Source: Octopus vulgaris
Lineage: Eukaryota
DNA length: 64,000 nucleotides
Assembly: GCA_951406725.2 (NCBI GenBank)
Contig: OX597823.1
Span: 109,306,001-109,370,000 of the forward strand
Direction of reading: 5' to 3'
Under the pieces are notes generated by a model. The model was not told the DNA's origin. It saw nothing but the letters and a program-made list of their open reading frames with translations, and searched no databases. Shown one piece after another: positions 27,792 through 39,946 of the stretch. Within the stretch, counting starts at the first letter, position 1. Each line of letters begins with the position of its first letter. The position numbers were made by a program, and so were the translations under genes.

Positions 27792-28021
27792 ATTTCTTTA
27801 CTGCCCACAAGGGGCTAAACATAGAGGGGACAAACAAGGACAGACAAACGGATTAAGTCGATTACATCGACCCCAGTGCGTAACTGGTACTTTATTTATC
27901 GACCCCGAAAGGATGAAAGGCAAAGTCGACCTCGGCGGAATTTGAACTCAGAACGCAACGGCGGACGAAATACGGCTACGCATTTCGCCCGGCGTTCTAA
28001 CGTTTCTGCCAGCTCGCCGCC
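27792..28021 (-). mobile_element. SINE family A monomer inserted in (TA)n
   Basis: Near-consensus reverse complement flanked by TA runs. Confidence 0.9.
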
Positions 28022-28109
28022 TTCATATATATATATATATATACAAAGAGAGAGAGAGAGACAGAAAGAAAAAGAGAGAGAAGGAAGAGAGACAGAGAGA
28101 GTCGTGACT

Positions 28110-28545
28110 GTGAACAGGTGCAGTGTCTCTGATAAGAAGTTTGCGTCTCAGTCACGTGGTCCACGGCGCAATCCAACTGCATGTTACTTTGGGCAAATAT
28201 TCTTCGTTATATATATCTAAGCCGACCAAAGCTTGTGAGTGGATTCGTTGGAGAGATGAAAGAAGCCCGTCGTATGTGTGTGTATATGTGTGAGTGTGTG
28301 TGTGTGTGTGTGTTTGTGTGTGTTGGTGTATGTATCTATGAGTGTGTCTTTGTGTTTTACTTCTGTCTCCCACCAATTCTGACAGCTGGCATTGCTCTGT
28401 TTACGTCTTTGACCCTAGCGGTTCGAAAAAAGAAAACGATAAAATTAGAAACAACTATAAAAAAAAGTACTAGGGTCGATTTGTTCGACTTAAGCGTCAA
28501 TGCAGTGCTTCAGTATGGCCGAAGATTAATGACTGAAAGAAGTTA
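28110..28545 (+). mobile_element. SINE family B, old diverged copy
   Basis: gccgaccaaagcttgtgagtggatt, gaagcccgtcgtatgtgtg and tail motifs. Confidence 0.7.
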
Positions 28546-28629
28546 ATAGATGTACATACATACATACATACATACATACATACACACACATATATCTTGA
28601 AAAGAGAATGAGAGCAAATATGATAACGC

Positions 28630-28727
28630 TGTTTATAAATATCAAACATTATATTGACGGTGGGTAGGGGAACCCCATGGGCGCTTTCTAAATATAAAAT
28701 ACAGGTACGTTAGAATCTCGCATATGT
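28630..28727 (+). repeat. About 98-bp unclassified dispersed repeat; second copy at 36655-36752
   Basis: Both copies contain aatatcaaacattata...ttctaaatataa.atacaggtacgttagaatctcgcatatgt. Confidence 0.8.
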
Positions 28728-29044
28728 GATACAAAGATTTGAGATTATACGCACAATACGAAGACAAACACACGCTTTAGCGTTGTTAAAAAAATCTAAC
28801 CAACGTGCTTGGCTGATATTGTTAATCCATATTTTGGGTAGACTAAATGAAAAACAGGGTGAGGAGAGGACCGTGCCTCGGTGCAATCCAGTGATATTTT
28901 TCTATTTTCTTCATCCCTGGTTACGTGGTGCTCTTCCGAATGTGTATTATTTATGCTGAAGATACTCTAAAAGCAGCTACTTGAGGTGTTTTTCTCATAT
29001 AATTACATACATATGATTATATACATATAGTTATATACATTCAT

Positions 29045-29207
29045 AGGCGTAGGAGTGGCTGTATGGTAAGTAGCTTGCTTACGAACCACATGGTTCCGGG
29101 TTCAGTCCCACTGCGTGGCACCTTGGGTAAGTGTCTTCTACTATAGCCTCGGGTCGACCAAAGCCTTGTGAGTGGATTTGGTAGACGGAAAGTGAAAGAA
29201 GCCCGTC

Positions 29208-29261
<54 letters not shown>

Positions 29262-29494
29262 GTGCGTGTGTGTGTGTGTAATGTGTGTGTGTTTATGTAT
29301 GTGTGTTTGTTCTCCTCAACATCGCTTGACAACCGATGCTGGTGTGTTTACCTCCCCGTAAATTAGCGGTTCGGCAAAAAGGAACAATAGAATAAGTACT
29401 AGGCTTACAAAGAATAAGTCCTGGGGTCGATTTGCTCGACTAAAGGCGGTGCTCAAGCATGGCCACAGTCAAATGACTGAAACAAGTAAAAGAG
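29045..29494 (+). mobile_element. SINE family B, full length
   Basis: A-box tggctgtatgg, B-box ggttcagtccc, CORE-like gcaccttgggtaagtgtctt, internal (TA)n(TG)n, tail gactgaaacaagtaaaagag. Confidence 0.9.
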
Positions 29495-29517
29495 TATATA
29501 TATACACACATAGATTT

Positions 29518-29572
<55 letters not shown>

Positions 29573-29761
29573 TTCAGTTTAATTTCAAGATTTCTTGTCG
29601 ACTGTGCGTGAGCTGATTCCTGAACTAAATCCAAGCTTCGGTCATTGGAACTTTTACAACATCAACAGGGTAGTTCTGCATGTATGAGTGTATGTGTGCA
29701 TCATTTGTATTCGCTGCATATGTAGTTTTCTACGTTTTGTTTTTGCGCACGCGCATATATA

Positions 29762-29925
29762 GGCGCAGGAGTGGCTGTGTGGTAAGTAGCTTGTTTACCA
29801 ACCACATGGTTCCGGATTCAGTCCCACTGCGTGGCACCTTGGACAAGTGTCTTCTACTATAGCCTCGAGCCGACCAATGCCTTGTGAGTGGATTTGGTAG
29901 ACGGAAACTGAAAGAAGCCTGTCGT

Positions 29926-29994
<69 letters not shown>

Positions 29995-30195
29995 TTGTGT
30001 GTCTGTGTTCGTTCCCCTAGCATTGCTTGACAACCGATGCTGGTGTGTTTATGTCCCGGTTACTTAGCGGTTCGGCAAAAGAGACCGATAGAATAAGTAC
30101 TGGGCTTACAAAAGAATAAGTCCCGGGGTCAAGTTGCTCGATTAAAGGTGGTACCCCAGCATGGCCGCAGTCAAATGACTGAAACAAGTAAAAGA
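29762..30195 (+). mobile_element. SINE family B, full length
   Basis: Same organisation as 29045-29494. Confidence 0.9.
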
Positions 30196-30229
30196 GTGTA
30201 AAAAAAGAAAAAAGAGTATACCCAAATGA

Positions 30230-31280
30230 TAAACCTTTGTAAAGTTTTACAGATTTTGACAGTTCCATTGATGGCTTGAATCTCTATCTTCTAAACTTTC
30301 TGGTCTTGAGAAGCCTAATTTCTCAAAATCGATGCTTAGGCAGTGTATTATGTACGACAGTGCCCCCATAGTTACCAGTAAAACCCCGGAACTGGTAATC
30401 TAGTTACAATAACTGTAAACTTCTCAGAAGTTCAGTGTAGGCGTTTTCCTTTTCTTTGAACTTTAGCTTTGTGTAGCCATCTGTAGGGAAACTGAATTTT
30501 ACTACAGTACACAGTTTCACTCCTTCGTCCCAAATCATTATTCTTGGTGTACTATGCTTACATTTTATTGAAGTCTTCACAGAGATATTCCATCAGTGCT
30601 CTTTCATATTATGAGTGAATATAACTTCTACCATCTTATTTCTTTGGCCACAGAATTTCCCTCCCGATGCATCGCATTATACAGTGTCACGGCTACAACA
30701 TCTTGTCTCATCAGTAAATAACAATACGATGACATTTTTGGACAACTGCTTATGTTATGGGTGATATCTTTGGTATTAACCACAAAGTTTGCATCGATTA
30801 TCACATTTTGCTGTCTTTTCCTGCCTCTCTGTTCCTTTTGTGCTTCTGGTATTTGATTGCTATTTCCTGCCCGTGGATTGCAAACGCATACCTTTCTAAG
30901 TGAGAGTCAATAATACGGTTATTGGCCCATGATAGACTGCTCTGGAACTTTCTAAGATATCCATGTTTGATCCTTTGTTGATATACAATCATTCTTTCAT
31001 CCGATGATAGTTACATTAGAAAAGTACAACTTCGTTGGGCATATACCCATGGCTATCAGAGCAGGTATGTTGCTTCAGGAGCTGTTTTCTAAGTTTCATT
31101 AGATTATATGCCTCTTGTGCGCAAACTTGGTCAAGGGATGTAATTCGACACTTGGTGGTTAAAAGATGTTGCCTAAGAAATATGATATTACTTTCAAAGA
31201 ACGTTTATATCTATGGTAAGCCTCTGCTTCCCAGCTTTCGTTTTAGGGAGAGGCATTCTACATCACTTTTCATATGACAT
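30230..31280 (-). mobile_element. Decayed R4/Dong-like LINE 3' region (thumb, zinc knuckle, RLE endonuclease)
   Basis: Minus-strand fragments HGYLRK..SSLSW, AFAIHGQEIAIK, CPKMSS..YLLMRQDVVA and GTVKIC; many frameshifts. Confidence 0.65.
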
Positions 31281-31949
31281 TTGTGCTAATTAGTATCGGG
31301 TTTCTACATCAGTGGTTCGGATGCCTTTCATCCTTATGGGATCGACGAATTAAGTACTAGTGAAGCACTAGGACCGGTGTAATCGACTTGTCCCCTCTCC
31401 CCAAATTTCCGGCTTTTTGACTATAGCAGACAGGATTATCATGGTTATTATTATTTCCTACAAGTTCTTTATTAATCTGATTTCATTCACGTTTTATTTT
31501 ATTTTCAATTTTATCTTGCGATATTTCTCTTTCTATTTCCTCACGTTTTTGTCAAAATAATAATCAGCAGCAGCAGCTACATACTCATCATCATCACCAT
31601 CATCATCGACATCTTCAACACTTCATCTACCACCACCACGACTACCACCACCACCGCCATCATAGACAACAACAATAACAACAACAACAAAAACATCAAC
31701 TGCTGCTGCTGCTGCTGCTGTTGCAGACACAGCAGAAACAACAACAGCAGCGGTCTGGAGACGGGACATTTCTTCAGCGTTCCCATCCCTTCTTGTCATA
31801 CAATAGATGTAGATAAGAATTGCTAATTTGAAAGGTCATTTGATAAGTAGGTAGAAAATAAGAAATGTTCAGTTTGACGGTAAATTTCGTATTGATTTGT
31901 TTAATGTGATGGAAGAATATAAATGGTTGATTCATTTATTTCAATTGTT

Positions 31950-32420
31950 TTCTTTTATTTAATCATATATTTATTTTGGGGAATAACAACATTGTTGCTT
32001 TTTCTGTCGTCATCACTGCGAAAGATTGATATATGTTCATGGAATTCCAAGAAATACTTTCCACACTGATCGTCTGACAGTGTAGTTCTAATTTGCCAAG
32101 AAAGTATTGTGAAGATTTTAATGCCAATACTCAGAACGGTAGTCTTATATCTAGAAATGGCTCCTGAATATAACTTCTTCGTCAAATTCTCTGTCCATAC
32201 TAGCGCTAAGTTATATTGGATGTGATCGATGTTCAACATTTTGAGAGACGGAGAGGACATCGCTTGTTTTCGTAATCTCAAAGGAATGATTGGGGACATA
32301 CAGATAAATTTAAAGTATCCAGAAAGTTCTCCGGTTTGTAAAGGGTTTCATTGACATTTGTCAATGGTAATGTTTGCGAAAGTCTTCAGTGTATTGAACT
32401 GCAGTCTAAAATTTCTGGGA
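31950..32420 (-). mobile_element. Decayed RLE-LINE RT fragment
   Basis: ORF 31955-32299 and neighbouring frames resemble degenerate RT central domains. Confidence 0.4.
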
Positions 32421-33447
32421 CGTACCCATCATCATTATCATCATCACTTTCTCCTCCTGGAAAAAGACAGAGACAGACTGAGTGATGGAATGAGTGAGAG
32501 AAAATATGTATGTAGAAAGTTGATATTGTACCAGGACAATTTTATCACCATATCCATATCACCTATATATATGTGTGTGTGTGTGTGTGTATGTGTGATT
32601 GTGTGTGTGTTTTTGTTTGTGTATGAATATGATTATACATTCTTTGTCTCCCTCTCTCTATTGTTTGTGGAAAAATGTAAGTGCTGCGAATAAAGTCTCT
32701 ATTTCCTCCTCGAATCCTTCTGTGAAATCTCTGGTGCCTTTACTTTATCCAAAGTAGACCATCTTCAGTTTTCTCAGTTCTTGGATTTAACTGAACAGGC
32801 ATTTAAGTGTGGCTATTTATTCCGATAGCCACAAAATATCAAGCGAATGAGACTGAGATATAGAAATATAATAATATTATTTTATGTATAATAAGGTGGC
32901 GAGCTGGCAGAATAGTTACCATACCGGACAAAATGTTTAATGGCATTTCTTCCGTCTTTACTTTTGAGGTCGACTTTACTTTTCATCCTTGCTCAAACTG
33001 GTACTTACTTCCTCGATCCTGTATCAAGGAAAAGCAAAGCCGACCTCGGCAGAATCTACACTCAGAAGGTAAAAATGGGCAAACTGTCGTATGTATGGGA
33101 AGTGTAAAGTAACCAAATATCTTTCCCCCTGAAATATATCTAGTTGGGTACGCTTTCATACAAAATATATACATACAAGCGCTTGACTTTTTCAGCAGTA
33201 GGCAACCAAAAGGAAAACTACTTGAAAATCATTCATTTATATATCCTGGAAACAGAATATGCCAAAAGTCACCAAAATGCCACGGATCAATGTTACAGAG
33301 CGGAGCTCTGAAGAAAAGTTCTCGAATTTCTGAATTTAACATTAAATTTAACAGAATTACAAGAATACTTTCATCGTAAATTTAAAACGTGCTCAATGAA
33401 TTTGAATCTAATATCAAAATTACATGAAATCTGGAACTATAATATAA

Positions 33448-34144
33448 CTAGCTTTAGCTGACCCGCTCTATGCGCGGGTAAGAGTGTGGTTGTTACTTTC
33501 TGTTGCTTCTTTTATGCTTTTTATCACTACATTCTCTATCTTTGTTTCTCTCTCCTTTCTCTCTCACTTTTCCACTCTCTTACTCTACATTTCTCTCGGA
33601 CTCTCCCTCGCTTTTTCTTACTCTCTATCTTTCTCTATCTATCTCCCATTTATAAACAACAAAATATCTTGAGTAAGTTGAGAAATAAAATATTTTGAAA
33701 GATCAATCATAAATATCAGGCAGTGACAACGGAAAGGTCTGCTTCAAGACAGACAGCAAAACACTAACATTTAAAAGGGACAGACGAACATGCGAGCTGA
33801 ATAAAAATTTAAAAAATATTGGAAACCCCTTCTAGCCCCATTTAGACCTCTTTTCACATTTTGGTTAATATAACCTGATTTTATTCGGGTCTACTCGGGC
33901 CACATTTTATAAGATGAGGAATTTTGTCCTTGAGGTCACTCCTTTCATTTGAGGAAGTGTGCATTTTTTGCCCTAGTAACCACACCTTTTAAGATAGGGA
34001 TTTCTAAGCTAGCCCACTTATATCCTCACCTCATTTTACATGTCCCTGTAAATTTTGGAGTTAATCCGACGGGATCTAGTAGCCTTTAACCCGTTCCAAT
34101 GCCAAAACCAGACAAACAAACCTTTCGCATTTCAGATTTATAGA
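33448..34144 (-). mobile_element. Non-autonomous Helitron (family H3)
   Basis: Plus strand a|ctag at 33448 with hairpin acccgc-tctatgc-gcgggt (33461-33479); other end acaaacaaacctttcgcattt...taga|t, i.e. A|TC on the minus strand. Confidence 0.7.
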
Positions 34145-34149
34145 TATTG

Positions 34150-34222
34150 ATATAATATAATATAATATAATATATTATAATATAATATAACATATCATAA
34201 CATAACATAATATAATATAATT
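34150..34222. repeat. (TATAA)n/(CATAA)n pentanucleotide repeat
   Basis: Direct inspection. Confidence 0.9.
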
Positions 34223-35223
34223 CAGCTATAAGACCATCCAAACGGAATAAGACAAAAATGCCAACTAGGTATATTAGACTAAATGTATTTTTTACCCTTA
34301 CAAGTTCTGTGATTCTGACTGAGGCTATGCTAAATAGTTAAGAAGTTCAGTTCACAACCGTGAGTTGCTGTTTCAATTCCATTGCACGGCATCTCAAGAA
34401 AGTCCAATTTGCCAAATCATTCGGTCATCTAAGCCTTGCAGATGAAACTAGGTAGACAGAAGCCGTGTGGGAACCTGTGGGATGGTTTTCACTTGTAATT
34501 CAATGGTTCAAATTTCGTCAAGCGGAGTCACACTACTTCTGCTCCAAGGGATAAATGTCTGTGGGACGCCCGGCCAACTGTCTGGACTTCAAGAAGCAAG
34601 TAGCTCAGGACATCGAACAACTAAACAATCATCGCCGACACCAATGAAGATCCATTTACTTGTCTGTATTTGTGTCTGTGAGTCTCTGGGGGATTCCGTA
34701 GGGCTTTGTGAATGTCTGGCGTACATTTTGAATTCGAATTTGTGTTGCTATGTGATGCGCACACACACGCACTCACGTACACACACACGCACACACACAC
34801 ACACATACACACATACAGACACACACAGACACACGCGCACGCGCGCAAACACATATTTACATAAATATATGTGTGTATGGATATGAGCTATTATGTGTGT
34901 GCATGTATAAACATAATTTACAAATGCCAAAATATATGTGCAATTCTTATGTATGTATATACTACATATATGTGTGTGTGTGTGTGTGTGACTATCTGGG
35001 CGTATGTGTTAAAGAATAAACACGTACCTCCGCATATTTCTATTTATATAATTTTTTTTCTTTCGGTATTTTCGTCATCTGGAAATTATATCTTTCAATT
35101 AATTTCTCATATTTTTAGGTGTAGTTTTCTAAAATTATAATATACTTTCGACAAAGATAAATAAAGATGTTTATTTTTCTTAAGAGTTTTTTTCTTTATT
35201 GTATTTTAAATATCCTCATTCAG

Positions 35224-35546
35224 TTCTTCTTCTTCTTCTTCTTCTTCTTCTTCTTCTTCTTCTTCTTCTTCTTCTTCTTCTTCTTCTTCTTCTTCTTCAT
35301 CATCTTCTTCTTCTTCTTCTTCTTCTTCCTGTTCTTCCTGTTCTTCTTCTTCTTTTTCTTCTTCGTCTTCTTCTTCTTCTTCTTCTTCTTCTTCTTCTTC
35401 TTCTTCTTCGTCTTCTTCTTCGTCATCATCATCATCATCGTCATCATCGTCATCATCGTCATCATCGTCATCATCGTCATCATCGTCATCATCGTCATCA
35501 TCATCATCATCATCATCATCAACATCATCATCATCATCATCATCAT
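35224..35546. repeat. Compound (TTC)n then (ATC/GTC)n microsatellite
   Basis: Direct inspection; produces poly-E/D, poly-F/I and poly-K ORFs. Confidence 0.97.
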
Positions 35547-36294
35547 TAATGGCGATGGATTGGTAATCATAACAACGTCCGCAAAAATGTTTTGCGTTAT
35601 TTCTTCCGGTTAGTTGTTGTGACTTCAAAAGTGTTCAGACAGTCTTTCATCCCTTCGGGGGTCGATGAAATAGCGTAGAGTCAGGTACTGGTGTTCATGT
35701 AACCGACTAACGTCCTGCCCTCAGGTTTCCTGGCCTAGTGCCCAAATTTGAAATTATTACTATAAATATTGTTCTTCATTTTGTTCTTATTCTTGGACGT
35801 GTACTATGCTTGTTTTTTTTTATGATTACCGATGATATATTGAGCAGAAAGGAAAGTAGAATCTGAGAACTAAAGTTCTGTTAAATTTGTAACATTTCAG
35901 TGTTGAAAGCGTTTGAAGAGAATGGGGTGGATATGTGCAGTACCCATGGGGACAATTTTTTGTAGTGCTTTCTTGGCTACTGATATTTCGCCATAGAGTT
36001 TAAGTGTGCCTTTTGGTATTGTCCCCAAGCTCCGATGATTACAGGCACAGCTATTTTTCTTACATGGCATACTTTTGAAACCAATTTCAAGGTCATATTT
36101 ACTTAACTTTTCAAGTGTTTTACATAATTGCCACAGTCTGCTAGCGTATTATTATTATTACTAGTGGGACCCGTGGAAATTCCATAGAACGAAAAAGATT
36201 AAGAGAAGCTATTTAACAGAGAAAGGATGATTTGCAATTTTATTTTTATTTTGTAAAGTTATTTTCCTTCCAGTTACTATAATATATTATATGA

Positions 36295-36638
36295 CTAGCA
36301 CTATGACCCGGCAACGCCGGGTCATAGTGTTAGTGCATGGATATACAGCTGCGTGCCTGCGCACATACACGCGAGTAATGTCCAAATCTCCGACCAATCA
36401 CATACAGCTAGCTGGCATTCAATTGGCGTATCAAGTTTCGAGCATTTTGATTGGGTTTTGGATAGTAAATTTACAAAAAAGTCACTTCTATTGATTTTTT
36501 AATGGCTTTGCGGGGTAACTGGGGAAAAGGACGGTTTTAAATGACCATAGAAAGTGCGAGCCCTCTAACTGAAAAATTGTAGATTTGTATAAAGGACATT
36601 CACACAGACAGTCATTTTGCCGTTTATATATAGAGAGA
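36295..36638 (-). mobile_element. Non-autonomous Helitron (family H2); a second 3' terminus lies at 36161
   Basis: Hairpin cactatgacccggc-aac-gccgggtcatagtg next to a|ctag; homologous to 44188-44552. Confidence 0.88.
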
Positions 36639-36939
36639 TTTTAAAATTTCCATTTGTTTATTAATATCAAACATTATACTGTAGGTGGATGGGGGAATCC
36701 CACGAGAGCATTCTAAATATAAGATACAGGTACGTTAGAATCTCGCATATGTTATTTCTTATATTTCTTTCTTTTCTCTGCCTCTTCAACAAATTTTTTA
36801 ATCATGTAATTCTTCTCTTCATGTCATTGACACTTCTCTCATTCTCACTTCCACTCACTTTCACTAATCACACTAATCACAGCATAATGCATCGGCTGGC
36901 AATTTGCTCTCTTACTTCCTCTTATATACCTCCTCCAAG

Positions 36940-37348
36940 GGCAGCGAGCTGGCAGAATCGTTAGCACGCCGGGCGAAATGCTTAGCGGTATTTCGGCTGC
37001 CGTTACGTTCTGAGTTCAAATTCCGCCGAGGTTGACTTTGCTTTTCATCCTTTCGGAGTCGATAAATTAAGTACCAGTTACGCACTAGGGTCGATATAAT
37101 CGACTTAATCCGTCTGACCGTCCTGGTTTGTCTCCTCTGTGTTTAGCCCCTTGTGGGTAGTAAAGAAATAGGTATTTCGGCTGCCGTTACGTTCTGAGTT
37201 CAAATTCCGCCGAGGTTGACTTTGTCTTTCATCCTTTCGGGGTCGATAAATTAAGTATCAGCACTGAGGTCGATATAACCGATTTAAGCCCTTTGTCTGT
37301 CCTTGTTTGTCCCCTCTGTGTTTAGCCCCCTGTGGGCAATAAAGAAAT
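36940..37348 (+). mobile_element. SINE family A dimer
   Basis: Junction aaagaaata|ggtatttcgg near 37170; approximate TSD tatatacct(c/t)ctcc. Confidence 0.9.
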
Positions 37349-38113
37349 ATATATACCTTCTCCTACTCTCTCACTCCACCTTCTTCTTTATAACAAGCTA
37401 AAGCTTAAAGTTTAAACAAACAGATAGAAGAATAATATTATAAATTTAGTTCAACAAACGTTTTCCCTATCATCAGACCATCATCATCACTATAGTTTTC
37501 TATACAAAGCTCATTTCATTTCAATTCAGCTGTTTGTTTACATCTATTTCTTCCTGTCGGTGTATCTCTACTGTGACAGTACAAACCCTATCTGTCTGTC
37601 TCTCTCTTTCTCTCTCCCTTTCTCTCCTCCCTCTTTCTCTCTCCACCTCTCTCTTTCTCTTTCTTTCTTTCTTTCTTTCTCTCTAATTGGTAGTTGAGTA
37701 CTGATACATTCAAGTGCGATAGTTACTATTAGTATCACGTCTGCTCTCCTCATTGACCACTATCTTCGTAGAGAATGTCTGAGACAAAAGTAAATTAGAA
37801 TTTTATTTTAAAAGTAATTTGTTAAGATATCAATTTGTTCAGATGACAGTAAAAAGTATTACTGTTATGTATATTTAAAAGATTTTGACACTTTTTTACT
37901 CTTTTACTCTTTTGTTTCAGTCATTTGACAGCGGCCATGCTGGAGCACCGCCTTTAGTCGAGCAAATCGACCCCAGGACTTATTCTTTGTTAGCCTAGTA
38001 CTTATTATATCGGTCTCTTTTGCCGAAGTGCTAAGTAAACACACCAGCATCGGTTGTCAAGCGATGTTGGGGACACACAAACATACACACACATATATAT
38101 ATATAAATACATA

Positions 38114-38160
<47 letters not shown>

Positions 38161-38291
38161 AATAGTAAAGTGTGAAAAAACGACAGAAGGCTTAAATGTT
38201 AAAAGATATATATATTTGTGTCAAAATGTCTGGAGAATATTGGAAAAATTTTTTTTCCTTTCCTTAAAATGACATAATTTTTAAATTTTTA

Positions 38292-38331
38292 AAGAAATTA
38301 CCGGTTTCGCGTGTAGCTTTTCAAATTTCTT
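38292..38331 (-). ncRNA. Minimal type I hammerhead ribozyme, U3:A8 core variant (sense copy)
   Basis: AAGAAAT-TTGAAAA-gc tacac gc-GAAA-CCGG-TA-ATTTCTT; 7-bp stem I, palindromic loop III, GUA site. Confidence 0.75.
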
Positions 38332-38467
38332 GTGACGTTATGTTTATATTGCATGGATTTATCGTTGTTTTTATTTCCAGGAGATTTCTAAATAAGGGGA
38401 GGTAGTGAGTGATTTTTTCCGGTGTAGGGGAGATAATCGCTTAAAAAATTTTTTTCCCATTTCCTTG

Positions 38468-38696
38468 TTAATTTCTCTGTGTCAGTATGTTCGGATGGTT
38501 GAGTCTGGGTTTGTACTTTTCAATGAAGAATGTTTCCTTGTTCAGTCTCATTTGTGTTGATGATCCGAAAGCACATTGGTAAAATGGGAAGATTAAAAAT
38601 TGTGGCAGTAGTTGCTTTGCGCATTTCTCAATGTGCTCACTAAAAGGTATCATTCTATATTCTGGGAATGCAATCTGTTGTCGATGCAGTGTGCAT
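38468..38696 (-). pseudogene. C-terminal fragment of a Penelope-type GIY-YIG endonuclease
   Basis: LHRQQIAFPEYRMIPFSEHIEKCAKQLLPQFLIFPFYQCAFGSSTQMRLNKETFFIEKYKPRLN; H...H-C and R-x3-E-x2-FI-x4-P-x-LN ending typical of PLE endonucleases. Confidence 0.75.
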
Positions 38697-38742
38697 GAAA
38701 TAAAAACAACGATAAATCCATGCAATATAAACATAACGTCAC

Positions 38743-38782
38743 AAGAAATTTGAAAAGCTACACGCGAAACCGGTAATTTCTT
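38743..38782 (+). ncRNA. Minimal type I hammerhead ribozyme, U3:A8 core variant (inverted copy)
   Basis: Identical to 38292-38331, on the opposite strand. Confidence 0.75.
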
Positions 38783-38959
38783 TAAAAATTTAAAAATTAT
38801 GTCATTTTAAGGAAAGGAAAAAAAATTTTTCCAATATTCTCCAGACATTTTGACACAAATATATATATCTTTTAACATTTAAGCCTTCTGTCGTTTTTTC
38901 ACACTTTACTATTTTCTTATATATTCACCCACGTGCTTTACCAAACAAACTTTCTTATC

Positions 38960-39039
<80 letters not shown>

Positions 39040-39946
39040 TACGACAGGCTTCTTTCAGATTCCGTCTACCAAATCCACTCACAAGGCTTTGGTCGGCCCG
39101 AGGCTATAGCAGAAGACACTTGCCTAAGTTGGCACGCAGTGGGACTAAACCCGGAACCATGTGGTTGGTAAGCAAGCTACTTACCCCACAGCCATGTTGG
39201 TAGCCGAGTGCTGATACTTCTAAGTGCACCAATTACTATTGGTATCACGTCTATTCTCTTCATTGACCACAACCTTCGTATTTCTCATCATCATCATCAG
39301 CAGCAGCAGCAACAGCATCACCACCACCACCACCACCACCACCACCACCATCATCATCATCATTATAACACTGTGACATATAACTTTAGTTAGCAGGGAT
39401 GTCTTGAGGCTATTGGACGAATATTTCTTAGAATGTTCGCAATAACCAGTATAGCTCTTTTCTGCTAGTGGACAGCGTATGTCGCTACTCCAATATCCCT
39501 CAAATTCTTATATATTTGTTTCGATGTTGTGTAAAGTGCATCCGTTGACTCAGCGACAATTGTCCCTTTTGCCTCCGTCTAGGACCTTATGTTTCTCAAA
39601 TTTTCCATTCCGTTTGTATCCTCATAATTTTCATATGGTATTTGCAAAGTCTCTGATTTTACGCTGTTTATTGCTGATTTACAATCAAATCTGAAATCGA
39701 TGAAATCGATATTTTCCTCCCTTCAAAATTACAATCAGCACAGCCATTCAAAATTATTTTAAGAATCATGACATCCCTACTGAGCTTTATCCATCTTATA
39801 CCAATAAGTGCGTTATCATTTTCTGGAAATTAAAACTCATATAACTATAACCCTGTACATCATATTTCGAGTTAGGATGTTTCTCTATTTTTCTTATTTG
39901 TATTTTCGCCTTTTGAAATTCATAGAATATATATATATATATATAT

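Larger units (their letters stand above)
38157..38960 (-). mobile_element. 5'-truncated Penelope-like element with a 221-bp inverted repeat
   Basis: Arms 38157-38377 and 38697-38917 are reverse complements with no mismatch seen; spacer encodes a GIY-YIG-like C-terminus; HHR in each arm; flanked by (TA)n. Confidence 0.88.
37895..39193 (-). mobile_element. SINE family B copy interrupted in its internal (TA)n by a Penelope-like insertion
   Basis: Tail half at 37895-38095 and head half at 39040-39193, both on the minus strand. Confidence 0.85.

Noticed and set aside
35167-35628. Poly-E/D, poly-F and poly-K ORFs
   Set aside because: (TTC)n/(ATC)n microsatellite artefacts
37451-37480. Minus-strand CTGATGA-tagg-GAAA-acgt-TT hammerhead-like string
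   Set aside because: No stem II, and stem I would be only G-U pairs; likely chance next to an ATC repeat
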